This document shows, one piece after another, positions 1 to 13,879 of a stretch of DNA of 64,000 nucleotides; position 1 is the first letter of the stretch; every line of letters begins with the position of its first letter. Source of the stretch: the human T2T-CHM13v2.0 reference genome, Homo sapiens; NCBI RefSeq assembly GCF_009914755.1, contig NC_060925.1. One strand, 5' to 3'. Under the pieces are notes generated by a model that saw only the letters and a list, made by a program, of their open reading frames with translations, did no database searches and was not told the origin of the DNA. Position numbers and translations under genes: made by a program.

Positions 1-230
1 TATCGAATGCAATCGAATAGAATCATCGAATGGACTCGAATGGAATCATCGAATGGAATGGAATGGAACAGTCAATGAACTCGAATGGAATCATCATTGA
101 ATGGAATCGAATGGAATCATCGAGTGGAATCGAATGGAATTATGATCAAATGGAATCGAATGTAATCATCATCAAATGGAATCAAAAATAACCATCATCA
201 ATTGGTATTGAATGGAATTGTCATCAAATG

Positions 231-2006
231 GAATTCAAAGGAATCATCATCAAATGGAACCGAATGGAATCCTCATTGAATGGAAATGAAAGAGGTCATC
301 ATCTAATGGAATCGCATGGAATCATCATCAAATGGAATCGAATGGAATCATCATCAAATGGAATCTAATGGAATCATTGAACAGAATTGAATGGAATCGT
401 CATCGAATGAATTGAATGCAATCATCGAATGGTCTCGAATGGAATCATCTTCTAATGGAAAGGAATGGAATCATCGCATAGAATCGAATGGAATTATCAT
501 CGAATGGAATCGAATGGTATCAACACCAAACGGAAAAAAACGGAATTATCGAATGGAATCGAAGAGAATCTTCGAACGGACCCGAATGGAATCATCTAAT
601 GGAATGGAATGGAATAATCCATGGACTCGAATGCAATCAAAATCGAATGGAATCGAATGGAATCATCGAATGGACTCGAATGGAATAATCATTGAACGGA
701 ATCGAATGGAATCATCATCGGATGGAAACGAATGGAATCATCATCGAATGGAAATGAAAGGAGTCATCATCTAATGGAATTGCATGGAATCATCATAAAA
801 TGGAATGGAATGGAATCAACATCAAATGGAATCAAATGGAATCATTGAACGGAATTGAATGGAATCGTCATCGAATGAATTGACTGCAATCATCCAATGG
901 TCTCGAATGGAATCATCTTCAAATGGAATGGAATGGAATCATCGCATAGAATCGAATGGAATTATCATCGAATGGAATCGAATGGAATCAACATCCAACG
1001 GAAAAAAACGGAATTATCGAATGGAATCGAAGAGAATCATCGAATGGACCCGAATGGAATCATCTAATGGAATGGAATGGAATAATCCATGGACTCGAAT
1101 GCAATCATCATCGAATGGAATCGAATGGAATCATCGAATGGACTCGAATGGAATAATCATTGAACGGAATCGAATGGAATCATCATCGGATGGAAATGAA
1201 TGGAATCATCATCGAATGGAATCGAATAGAATTATGGAATGAAATCCAGTGTGATCATCATCGAATGGACCCGAATGGAATCATCATCCAACGGAAGCTA
1301 ATGGAATCAACATCGAATGAATCGAATGGAAACACCATCGAATTGAAACGAATGGAATTATCATGAAATTGAAATGGATGGACTCATCATCGAATGGATT
1401 CGAATGGAATCATCGAATAAAATTGATTGAAATCATCATCGAATGGAATCGAATGGTATCATTGAATGGAATCGAATGGAATCATCATCAGATGGAAATG
1501 AATGGAATCGTCATAGAATGGAATCGAATGGATTCATTGAATGGAATCAGATGGAATCATCGAATGGACTGGAATGGAATCATTGAATGGACTCGAAAGG
1601 GATCATGATTGAATGGAATTGAATGGAATCATCGAATGGTCTCGATTGGAATCATTATCAAATGGAATCGAATGGAATCACCGAATAGAATCGAATGGAA
1701 CAATCATCGAATGGACTCAAATGGAATTATCCTCAAATGGAATCGAATGGAATTATCGAATGCAATCGAATGGAATTATCGAATGCAATCGAATAGAATC
1801 ATCGAATGGACTCGAATGGAATCATCGAATGGAATGGAATGGAACAGTCAGTGAACTCGAATGGAATCATCATTGAATGGAATCGAATGGAATCATCGAG
1901 TGGAATCGAATGGAATTATGATCAAATGCAATCGAATGTAATCCTCATCAAATGGAATCAAAAATAACCATCATCAATTGGTATTGAATGGAATTGTCAT
2001 CAAATG
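231..2006 (+). repeat. Reference canonical 1776 bp monomer (EcoRI to EcoRI)
   Basis: 'gaattcaaaggaatc' occurs at 231 and 2007 (difference 1776). Landmarks 'aatccagtgtgatc', 'cggaagctaatgg', 'aaaattgattgaaatc' and 'ggaacagtca' each occur once per unit. Confidence 0.95.
260..1220 (+). repeat. Internal 2 x 468 bp tandem duplication within each monomer (modules A and B)
   Basis: 'ggaaatgaaag.ggtcatcatctaatgg' at 282 and 'ggaaatgaaaggagtcatcatctaatgg' at 750. Paired 127 aa ORFs at 391/859 and 2167/2635 have offset 468. Fixed A/B differences: ttctaatggaaagg vs ttcaaatggaatgg, ggtatcaacacc vs ggaatcaacatc, cttcgaacgg vs catcgaatgg. Confidence 0.95.
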
Positions 2007-5000
2007 GAATTCAAAGGAATCATCATCAAATGGAACCGAATGGAATCCTCATTGAATGGAAATGAAAGGGGTCATCATCTAATGGAATCGCATGGAATCA
2101 TCATCAAATGGAATCGAATGGAATCATCATCAAATGGAATCTAATGGAATCATTGAACAGAATTGAATGGAATCGTCATCGAATGAATTGAATGCAATCA
2201 TCGAATGGTCTCGAATGGAATCATCTTCTAATGGAAAGGAATGGAATCATCGCATAGAATCGAATGGAATTATCATCGAATGGAATCGAATGGTATCAAC
2301 ACCAAACGGAAAAAAACGGAATTATCGAATGGAATCGAAGGGAATCTTCGAACGGACCCGAATGGAATCATCTAATGGAATGGAATGGAATAATCCATGG
2401 ACTCGAATGCAATCATCATCGAATGGAATCGAATGGAATCATCGAATGGACTCGAATGGAATAATCATTGAACGGAATCGATTGGAATCATCATCGGATG
2501 GAAACGAATGGAATCATCATCGAATGGAAATGAAAGGAGTCATCATCTAATGGAATTGCATGGAATCATCATAAAATGGAATCGAATGGAATCAACATCA
2601 AATGGAATCAAATGGAATCATTGAACGGAATTGAATGGAATCGTCATCGAATGAATTGACTGCAATCATCCAATGGTCTCGAATGGAATCATCTTCAAAT
2701 GGAATGGAATGGAATCATCGCATAGAATCGAATGGAATTATCATCGAATGGAATCGAATGGAATCAACATCCAACGGAAAAAAACGGAATTATCGAATGG
2801 AATCGAAGAGAATCATCGAATGGACCCGAATGGAATCATCTAATGGAATGGAATGGAATAATCCATGGACTCGAATGCAATCATCATCGAATGGAATCGA
2901 ATGGAATCATCGAATGGACTCGAATGGAATAATCATTGAACGGAATCGAATGGAATCATCATCAGATGGAAATGAATGGAATCATCATCGAATGGAATCG
3001 AATAGAATTATGGAATGAAATCCAGTGTGATCATCATCGAATGGACCCGAATGGAATCATCATCCAACGGAAGCTAATGGAATCAACATCGAATGAATCG
3101 AATGGAAACACCATCGAATTGAAACGAATGGAATTATTATGAAATTGAAATGGATGGACTCATCATCGAATGGATTCGAATGGAATCATCGAATAAAATT
3201 GATTGAAATCATCATCGAATGGAATCGAATGGTATCATTGAATGGAATCGAATGGAATCATCATCAGATGGAAATGAATGGAATCGTCATAGAATGGAAT
3301 CGAATGGATTCATTGAATGGAATCAGATGGAATCATCGAATGGACTGGAATGGAATCATTGAATGGACTCGAAAGGGATCATGATTGAATGGAATTGAAT
3401 GGAATCATCGAATGGTCTCGATTGGAATCATTATCAAATGGAATCGAATGGAATCACCGAATAGAATCGAATGGAACAATCATCGAATGGACTCAAATGG
3501 AATTATCCTCAAATGGAATCGAATGGAATTATCGAATGCAATCGAATGGAATTATCGAATGCAATCGAATAGAATCATCGAATGGACTCGAATGGAATCA
3601 TCGAATGGAATGGAATGGAACAGTCAATGAACTCGAATGGAATCATCATTGAATGGAATCGAATGGAATCATCGAGTGGAATCGAATGGAATTATGATCA
3701 AATGGAATCGAATGTAATCATCATCAAATGGAATCAAAAATAACCATCATCAATTGGTATTGAATGGAATTGTCATCAAATGGAATTCAAAGGAATCATC
3801 ATCAAATGGAACCGAATGGAATCCTCATTGAATGGAAATGAAAGAGGTCATCATCTAATGGAATCGCATGAAATCATCATCAAATGGAATCGAATGGAAT
3901 CATCATCAAATGGAATCTAATGGAATCATTGAACAGAATTGAATGGAATCGTCATCGAATGAATTGAATGCAATCATCGAATGGTCTCGAATGGAATCAT
4001 CTTCTAATGGAAAGGAATGGAATCATCGCATAGAATCGAATGGAATTATCATCGAATGGAATCGAATGGTATCAACACCAAACGGAAAAAAACGGAATTA
4101 TCGAATGGAATCGAAGAGAATCTTCGAACGGACCCGAATGGAGTCATCTAATGGAATGGAATGGAATAATCCATGGACTCGAATGCAATCAAAATCGAAT
4201 GGAATCGAATGGAATCATCGAATGGACTCGAATGGAATAATCATTGAACGGAATCGAATGGAATCATCATCGGATGGAAACGAATGGAATCATCATCGAA
4301 TGGAAATGAAAGGAGTCATCATCTAATGGAATTGCATGGAATCATCATAAAATGGAATGGAATGGAATCAACATCAAATGGAATCAAATGGAATCATTGA
4401 ACGGAATTGAATGGAATCGTCATCGAATGAATTGACTGCAATCATCCAATGGTCTCGAATGGAATCATCTTCAAATGGAATGGAATGGAATCATCGCATA
4501 GAATCGAATGGAATTATCATCGAATGGAATCGAATGGAATCAACATCCAACGGAAAAAAACGGAATTATCGAATGGAATCGAAGAGAATCATCGAATGGA
4601 CCCGAATGGAATCATCTAATGGAATGGAATGGAATAATCCATGGACTCGAATGCAATCATCATCGAATGGAATCGAATGGAATCATCGAATGGACTCGAA
4701 TGGAATAATCATTGAACGGAATCGAATGGAATCATCATCGGATGGAAATGAATGGAATCATCATCGAATGGAATCGAATAGAATTATGGAATGAAATCCA
4801 GTGTGATCATCATCGAATGGACCCGAATGGAATCATCATCCAACGGAAGCTAATGGAATCAACATCGAATGAATCGAATGGAAACACCATCGAATTGAAA
4901 CGAATGGAATTATCATGAAATTGAAATGGATGGACTCATCATCGAATGGATTCGAATGGAATCATCGAATAAAATTGATTGAAATCATCATCGAATGGAA

Positions 5001-7494
5001 TCGAATGGTATCATTGAATGGAATCGAATGGAATCATCATCAGATGGAAATGAATGGAATCGTCATAGAATGGAATCGAATGGATTCATTGAATGGAATC
5101 AGATGGAATCATCGAATGGACTGGAATGGAATCATTGAATGGACTCGAAAGGGATCATGATTGAATGGAATTGAATGGAATCATCGAATGGTCTCGATTG
5201 GAATCATTATCAAATGGAATCGAATGGAATCACCGAATAGAATCGAATGGAACAATCATCGAATGGACTCAAATGGAATTATCCTCAAATGGAATCGAAT
5301 GGAATTATCGAATGCAATCGAATGGAATTATCGAATGCAATCGAATAGAATCATCGAATGGACTCGAATGGAATCATCGAATGGAATGGAATGGAACAGT
5401 CAGTGAACTCGAATGGAATCATCATTGAATGGAATCGAATGGAATCATCGAGTGGAATCGAATGGAATTATGATCAAATGCAATCGAATGTAATCCTCAT
5501 CAAATGGAATCAAAAATAACCATCATCAATTGGTATTGAATGGAATTGTCATCAAATGGAATTCAAAGGAATCATCATCAAATGGAACCGAATGGAATCC
5601 TCATTGAATGGAAATGAAAGGGGTCATCATCTAATGGAATCGCATGGAATCATCATCAAATGGAATCGAATGGAATCATCATCAAATGGAATCTAATGGA
5701 ATCATTGAACAGAATTGAATGGAATCGTCATCGAATGAATTGAATGCAATCATCGAATGGTCTCGAATGGAATCATCTTCTAATGGAAAGGAATGGAATC
5801 ATTGCATAGAATCGAATGGAATTATCATCGAATGGAATCGAATGGTATCAACACCAAACGGAAAAAAACGGAATTATCGAATGGAATCGAAGGGAATCTT
5901 CGAACGGACCCGAATGGAATCATCTAATGGAATGGAATGGAATAATCCATGGACTCGAATGCAATCATCATCGAATGGAATCGAATGGAATCATCGAATG
6001 GACTCGAATGGAATAATCATTGAACGGAATCGATTGGAATCATCATCGGATGGAAACGAATGGAATCATCATCGAATGGAAATGAAAGGAGTCATCATCT
6101 AATGGAATAGCATGGAATCATCATAAAATGGAATCGAATGGAATCAACATCAAATGGAATCAAATGGAATCATTGAACGGAATTGAATGGAATCGTCATC
6201 GAATGAATTGACTGCAATCATCCAATGGTCTCGAATGGAATCATCTTCAAATGGAATGGAATGGAATCATCGCATAGAATCGAATGGAATTATCATCGAA
6301 TGGAATCGAATGGAATCAACATCCAACGGAAAAAAACGGAATTATCGAATGGAATCGAAGAGAATCATCGAATGGACCCGAATGGAATCATCTAATGGAA
6401 TGGAATGGAATAATCCATGGACTCGAATGCAATCATCATCGAATGGAATCGAATGGAATCATCGAATGGACTCGAATGGAATAATCATTGAACGGAATCG
6501 AATGGAATCATCATCGGATGGAAATGAATGGAATCATCATCGAATGGAATCGAATAGAATTATGGAATGAAATCCAGTGTGATCATCATCGAATGGACCC
6601 GAATGGAATCATCATCCAACGGAAGCTAATGGAATCAACATCGAATGAATCGAATGGAAACACCATCGAATTGAAACGAATGGAATTATCATGAAATTGA
6701 AATGGATGGACTCATCATCGAATGGATTCGAATGGAATCATCGAATAAAATTGATTGAAATCATCATCGAATGGAATCGAATGGTATCATTGAATGGAAT
6801 CGAATGGAATCATCATCAGATGGAAATGAATGGAATCGTCATAGAATGGAATCGAATGGATTCATTGAATGGAATCAGATGGAATCATCGAATGGACTGG
6901 AATGGAATCATTGAATGGACTCGAAAGGGATCATGATTGAATGGAATTGAATGGAATCATCGAATGGTCTCGATTGGAATCATTATCAAATGGAATCGAA
7001 TGGAATCACCGAATAGAATCGAATGGAACAATCATCGAATGGACTCAAATGGAATTATCCTCAAATGGAATCGAATGGAATTATCGAATGCAATCGAATG
7101 GAATTATCGAATGCAATCGAATAGAATCATCGAATGGACTCGAATGGAATCATCGAATGGAATGGAATGGAACAGTCAATGAACTCGAATGGAATCATCA
7201 TTGAATGGAATCGAATGGAATCATCGAGTGGAATCGAATGGAATTATGATCAAATGGAATCGAATGTAATCATCATCAAATGGAATCAAAAATAACCATC
7301 ATCAATTGGTATTGAATGGAATTGTCATCAAATGGAATTCAAAGGAATCATCATCAAATGGAACCGAATGGAATCCTCATTGAATGGAAATGAAAGGGGT
7401 CATCATCTAATGGAATCGCATGGAATCATCATCAAATGGAATCGAATGGAATCATCATCAAATGGAATCTAATGGAATCATTGAACAGAATTGA

Positions 7495-8802
7495 ATGGAA
7501 TCGTCATCGAATGAATTGAATGCAATCATCGAATGGTCTCGAATGGAATCATCTTCTAATGGAAAGGAATGGAATCATCGCATAGAATAGAATGGAATTA
7601 TCATCGAATGGAATCGAATGGTATCAACACCAAACGGAAAAAAACGGAATTATCGAATGGAATCGAAGAGAATCTTCGAACGGACCCGAATGGAATCATC
7701 TAATGGAATGGAATGGAATAATCCATGGACTCGAATGCAATCATCATCGAATGGAATCGAATGGAATCATCGAATGGACTCGAATGGAATAATCATTGAA
7801 CGGAATCGAATGGAATCATCATCGGATGGAAATGAATGGAATCATCATCGAATGGAATCGAATAGAATTATGGAATGAAATCCAGTGTGATCATCATCGA
7901 ATGGACCCGAATGGAATCATCATCCAACGGAAGCTAATGGAATCAACATCGAATGAATCAAATGGAAACACCATCGAATTGAAACGAATGGAATTATCAT
8001 GAAATTGAAATGGATGGACTCATCATCGAATGGATTCGAATGGAATCATCGAATAAAATTGATTGAAATCATCATCCAATGGAATCGAATGGTATCATTG
8101 AATGGAATCGAATGGAATCATCATCAGATGGAAATGAATGGAATCGTCATAGAATGGAATCGAATGGATTCATTGAATGGAATCAGATGGAATCATCGAA
8201 TGGACTGGAATGGAATCATTGAATGGACTCGAAAGGGATCATGATTGAATGGAATTGAATGGAATCATCGAATGGTCTCGATTGGAATCATTATCAAATG
8301 GAATCGAATGGAATCACCGAATAGAATCGAATGGAACAATCATCGAATGGACTCAAATGGAATTATCCTCAAATGGAATCGAATGGAATTATCGAATGCA
8401 ATCGAATGGAATTATCGAATGCAATCGAATAGAATCACCGAATGGACTCGAATGGAATCATCGAATGGAATGGAATGGAACAGTCAATGAACTCGAATGG
8501 AATCATCATTGAATGGAATCGAATGGAATCATCGAGTGGAATCGAACGGAATTATGATCAAATGCAATCGAATGTAATCCTCATCAAATGGAATCAAAAA
8601 TAACCATCATCAATTGGTATTGAATGGAATTGTCATCAAATGGAATTCAAAGGAATCATCATCAAATGGAACCGAATGGAATCCTCATTGAATGGAAATG
8701 AAAGGGGTCATCATCTAATGGAATCGCATGGAATCATCATCAAATGGAATCGAATGGAATCATCATCAAATGGAATCTAATGGAATCATTGAACAGAATT
8801 GA
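7495..8802 (+). repeat. 1308 bp variant unit (one 468 bp module deleted; A/B hybrid)
   Basis: Spacing 7495 to 8803 is 1308 = 1776-468. The module starts with A-type markers and ends with the B-type 'ggaaatgaatgg...aatagaattatgg' (ORF 7618..7878 has an A start and a B end). Confidence 0.92.
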
Positions 8803-11800
8803 ATGGAATCGTCATCGAATGAATTGAATGCAATCATCGAATGGTCTCGAATGGAATCATCTTCTAATGGAAAGGAATGGAATCATTGCATGGAATCGAA
8901 TGGAATTATCATCGAATGGAATCGAATGGTATCAACACCAAACGGAAAAAAACGAAATTATCGAATGGAATCGAAGAGAATCTTCGAACGGACCCGAATG
9001 GAATCATCTAATGGAATGGAATGGAATAATCCATGGACTCGAATGCAATCATCATTGAATGGAATCGAATGGAATCATCGAATGGACTCGAATGGAATAA
9101 TCATTGAACGGAATCGAATGGAATCATCATCGGATGGAAACGAATGGAATCATCATCGAATGGAAATGAAAGGAGTCATCATCTAATGGAATTGCATGGA
9201 ATCATCATAAAATGGAATCGAATGGAATCAACATCAAATGGAATCAAATGGAATCATTGAACGGAATTGAATGGAATCGTCATCGAATGAATTGACTGCA
9301 ATCATCCAATGGTCTCGAATGGAATCATCTTCAAATGGAATGGAATGGAATCATCGCATAGAATCGAATGGAATTATCATCGAATGGAATCGAATGGAAT
9401 CAACATCCAACGGAAAAAAACGGAATTATCGAATGGAATCGAAGAGAATCATCGAATGGACCCGAATGGAATCATCTAATGGAATGGAATGGAATAATCC
9501 ATGGACTCGAATGCAATCATCATCGAATGGAATCGAATGGAATCATCGAATGGACTCGAATGGAATAATCATTGAACGGAATCGAATGGAATCATCATCG
9601 GATGGAAATGAATGGAATCATCATCGAATGGAATCGAATAGAATTATGGAATGAAATCCAGTGTGATCATCATCGAATGGACCCGAATGGAATCATCATC
9701 CAACGGAAGCTAATGGAATCAACATCGAATGAATCGAATGGAAACACCATCGAATTGAAACGAATGGAATTATCATGAAATTGAAATGGATGGACTCATC
9801 ATCGAATGGATTCTAATGGAATCATCGAATAAAATTGATTGAAATCATCATCCAATGGAATCGAATGGTATCATTGAATGGAATCGAATGGAATCATCAT
9901 CAGATGGAAATGAATGGAATCGTCATAGAATGGAATCGAATGGATTCATTGAATGGAATCAGATGGAATCATCGAATGGACTGGAATGGAATCATTGAAT
10001 GGACTCGAAAGGGATCATTATTGAATGGAATTGAATGGAATCATCGAATGGTCTCGATTGGAATCATTATCAAATGGAATCGAATGGAATCACCGAATAG
10101 AATCGAATGGAACAATCATCGAATGGACTCAAATGGAATTATCCTCCAATGGAATCGAATGGAATTATCGAATGCAATCGAATGGAATTATCGAATGCAA
10201 TCGAATAGAATCATCGAATGGACTCGAATGGAATCATCGAATGGAATGGATTGGAACAGTCAATGAACTCGAATGGAATCATCATTGAATGGAATCGAAT
10301 GGAATCATCGAGTGGAATCGAATGGAATTATGATCAAATGGAATCGAATGTAATCATCATCAAATGGAATCAAAAATAACCATCTTCAATTGGTATTGAA
10401 TGGAATTGTCATCAAATGGAATTCAAAGGAATCATCATCAAATGGAACCGAATGGAATCCTCATTGAATGGAAATGAAAGGGGTCATCATCTAATGGAAT
10501 CGCATGGAATCATCATCAAATGGAATCGAATGGAATCATCATCAAATGGAATCTAATGGAATCATTGAACAGAATTGAATGGAATCGTCATCGAATGAAT
10601 TGAATGCAATCATCGAATGGTCTCGAATGGAATCATCTTCTAATGGAAAGGAATGGAATCATCGCATAGAATCGAATGGAATTATCATCGAATGGAATCG
10701 AATGGTATCAACACCAAACGGAAAAAAACGGAATTATCGAATGGAATCGAAGAGAATCTTCGAACGGACCCGAATGGAATCATCTAATGGAATGGAATGG
10801 AATAATCCATGGACTCGAATGCAATCATCATCGAATGAAATCGAATGGAATCATCGAATGGACTCGAATGGAATAATCATTGAACGGAATCGAATGGAAT
10901 CATCATCGGATGGAAACGAATGGAATCATCATCGAATGGAAATGAAAGGAGTCATCATCTAATGGAATTGCATGGAATCATCATAAAATGGAATCGAATG
11001 GAATCAACATCAAATGGAATCAAATGGAATCATTGAACGGAATTGAATGGAATCGTCATTGAATGAATTGACTGCAATCATCGAATGGTCTCGAATGGAA
11101 TCATCTTCAAATGGAATGGAATGGAATCATCGCATAGAATCGAATGGAATTATCATCGAATGGAATCGAATGGAATCAACACCAAACGGAAAAAAACGGA
11201 ATTATCGAATGGAATCGAAGAGAATCATCGAATGGACCCGAATGGAATCATCTAATGGAATGGAATGGAATAATCCATGGACTCGAATGCAATCATCATC
11301 GAATGGAATCGAATGGAATCATCGAATGGACTCGAATGGAATAATCATTGAACGGAATCGAATGGAATCATCATCGGATGGAAATGAATGGAATCATCAT
11401 CGAATGGAATCGAATAGAATTATGGAATGAAATCCAGTGTGATCATCATCGAATGGACCCGAATGGAATCATCATCCAACGGAAGCTAATGGAATCAACA
11501 TCGAATGAATCGAATGGAAACACCATCGAATAGAAACGAATGGAATTATCATGAAACTGAAATGGATGGACTCATCATCGAATGGATTCGAATGGAATCA
11601 TCGAATAAAATTGACTGAAATCATCATCCAATGGAATCGAATGGTATCATTGAATGGAATCGAATGGAATCATCATCAGATGGAAATGAATGGAATCGTC
11701 ATAGAATGGAATCGAATGGATTCATTGAATGGAATCAGATGGAATCATCGAATGGACTGGAATGGAATCATTGAATGGACTCGAAAGGGATCATGATTGA

Positions 11801-13879
11801 ATGGAATTGAATGGAATCATCGAATGGTCTCGATTGGAATCATTATCAAATGGAATCGAATGGAATCACCGAATAGAATCGAATGGAACAATCATCGAAT
11901 GGACTCAAATGGAATTATCCTCAAATGGAATCGAATGGAATTATCAAATGCAATCGAATGGAATTATCGAATGCAATCGAATAGAATCATCGAATGGACT
12001 CGAATGGAATCATCGAATGGAATGGAATGGAACAGTCAATGAACTCGAATGGAATCATCATTGAATGGAATCGAATGGAATCATCGAGTGGAATCGAATG
12101 GAATTATGATCAAATGGAATCGAATGTAATCATCATCAAATGGAATCACAAATAACCATCATCAATTGGTATTGAATGGAATTGTCATCAAATGGAATTC
12201 AAAGGAATCATCATCAAATGGAACCGAATGGAATCCTCATTGAATGGAAATGAAAGGGGTCATCATCTAATGGAATCGCATGGAATCATCATCAAATGGA
12301 ATCGAATGGAATCATCATCAAATGGAATCTAATGGAATCATTGAACAGAATTGAATGGAATCGTCATCGAATGAATTGAATGCAATCATCGAATGGTCTC
12401 GAATGGAATCATCTTCTAATGGAAAGGAATGGAATCATCGCATAGAATCGAATGGAATTATCATCGAATGGAATCGAATGGTATCAACACCAAACGGAAA
12501 AAAACGGAATTATCGAATGGAATCGAAGAGAATCTTCGAACGGACCCGAATGGAATCATCTAATGGAATGGAATGGAATAATCCATGGACTCGAATGCAA
12601 TCATCATCGAATGGAATCGAATGGAATCATCGAATGGACTCGAATGGAATAATCATTGAACGGAATCGAATGGAATCATCACCGGATGGAAACGAATGGA
12701 ATCATCATCGAATGGAAATGAAAGGAGACATCATCTAATGGAATTGCATGGAATCATCATAAAATGGAATCGAATGGAATCAACATCAAATGGAATCAAA
12801 TGGAATAATTGAACGGAATTGAATGGAATCGTCATCGAATGAATTGAATGCAATCATCGAATGGTCTAGAATGGAATCATCTTCAAATGGAATGGAATGG
12901 AATCACCGCATAGAATCGAATGGAAGTATCATCGAATGGAATCGAATGGAATCAACATCAAACGGAAAAAAACGGAATTATCGAATGGAATCGAAGAGAA
13001 TCATCGAATGGACCCGAATGGAATCATCTAATGGAATGGAATGGAATAATCCATGGACTCGAATGCAATCATCATCGAATGGAATCGAATGGAATCATCG
13101 AATGGACTCGAATGGAATAATCATTGAACGGAATCGAATGGATTCATCATCGGATGGAAATGAATGGAATCATCATCGAATGGAATCGAATAGAATTATG
13201 GAATGAAATCCAGTGTGATCATCATCGAATGAACCCGAATGGAATCATCATCCAACGGAAGCTAATGGAATCAACATCGAATGAATCGAATGGAAACACC
13301 ATCGAATTGAAACGAATGGAATTATCTTGAAATTGAAATGGATGGACTCATCATCGAATGGATTCGAATGGAATCATCGAATAAAATTGATTGAAATCAT
13401 CATCCAATGGAATCGAATGGTATCATTGAATGGAATCGAATGGAATCATCATCAGATGGAAATGAATGGAATCGTCATAGAATGGAATCGAATAGATTCA
13501 TTGAATGGAATCAGATGGAATCATCGAATGGACTGGAATGGAATCATTGAATGGACTCGAAAGGGATCATGATTGAATGGAATTGAATGGAATCATCGAA
13601 TGGTCTGGATTGGAATCATTATCAAATGGAATCGAATGGAATCACCGAATAGAATCGAATGGAACAATCATCGAATGGACTCAAATGGAATTATCCTCAA
13701 ATGGAATCGAATGGAATTATCGAATGCAATCGAATGGAATTATCGAATGCAATCGAATAGAATCATCGAATGGACTCGAATGGAATCATCGAATGGAATG
13801 GAATGGAACAGTCAATGAACTCGAATGGAATCATCATTGAATGGAATCGAATGGAATCATCGAGTGGAATCGAATGGAA

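Larger units (their letters stand above)
1..7100 (+). repeat. Local dimeric higher-order repeat, 2 x 3552 bp
   Basis: Private variants recur at +3552: agaggtc (291/3843), gcaatcaaaatcg (~633/~4185), cagtcagtgaac (~1845/~5397), gaagggaatc (~2337/~5889), cgattggaatcatc (~2479/~6031). Confidence 0.88.

Noticed and set aside
1418-1625. Possible DUX4/homeodomain sites (aattgattgaaatca, catgattgaatgg) and TEAD-like GGAATG motifs
   Set aside because: They only partly match the DUX4 consensus (TGATTRRRTTA), and such short motifs are inevitable in this repeat. Binding cannot be claimed from sequence alone, although DUX4-induced HSATII transcription is reported.
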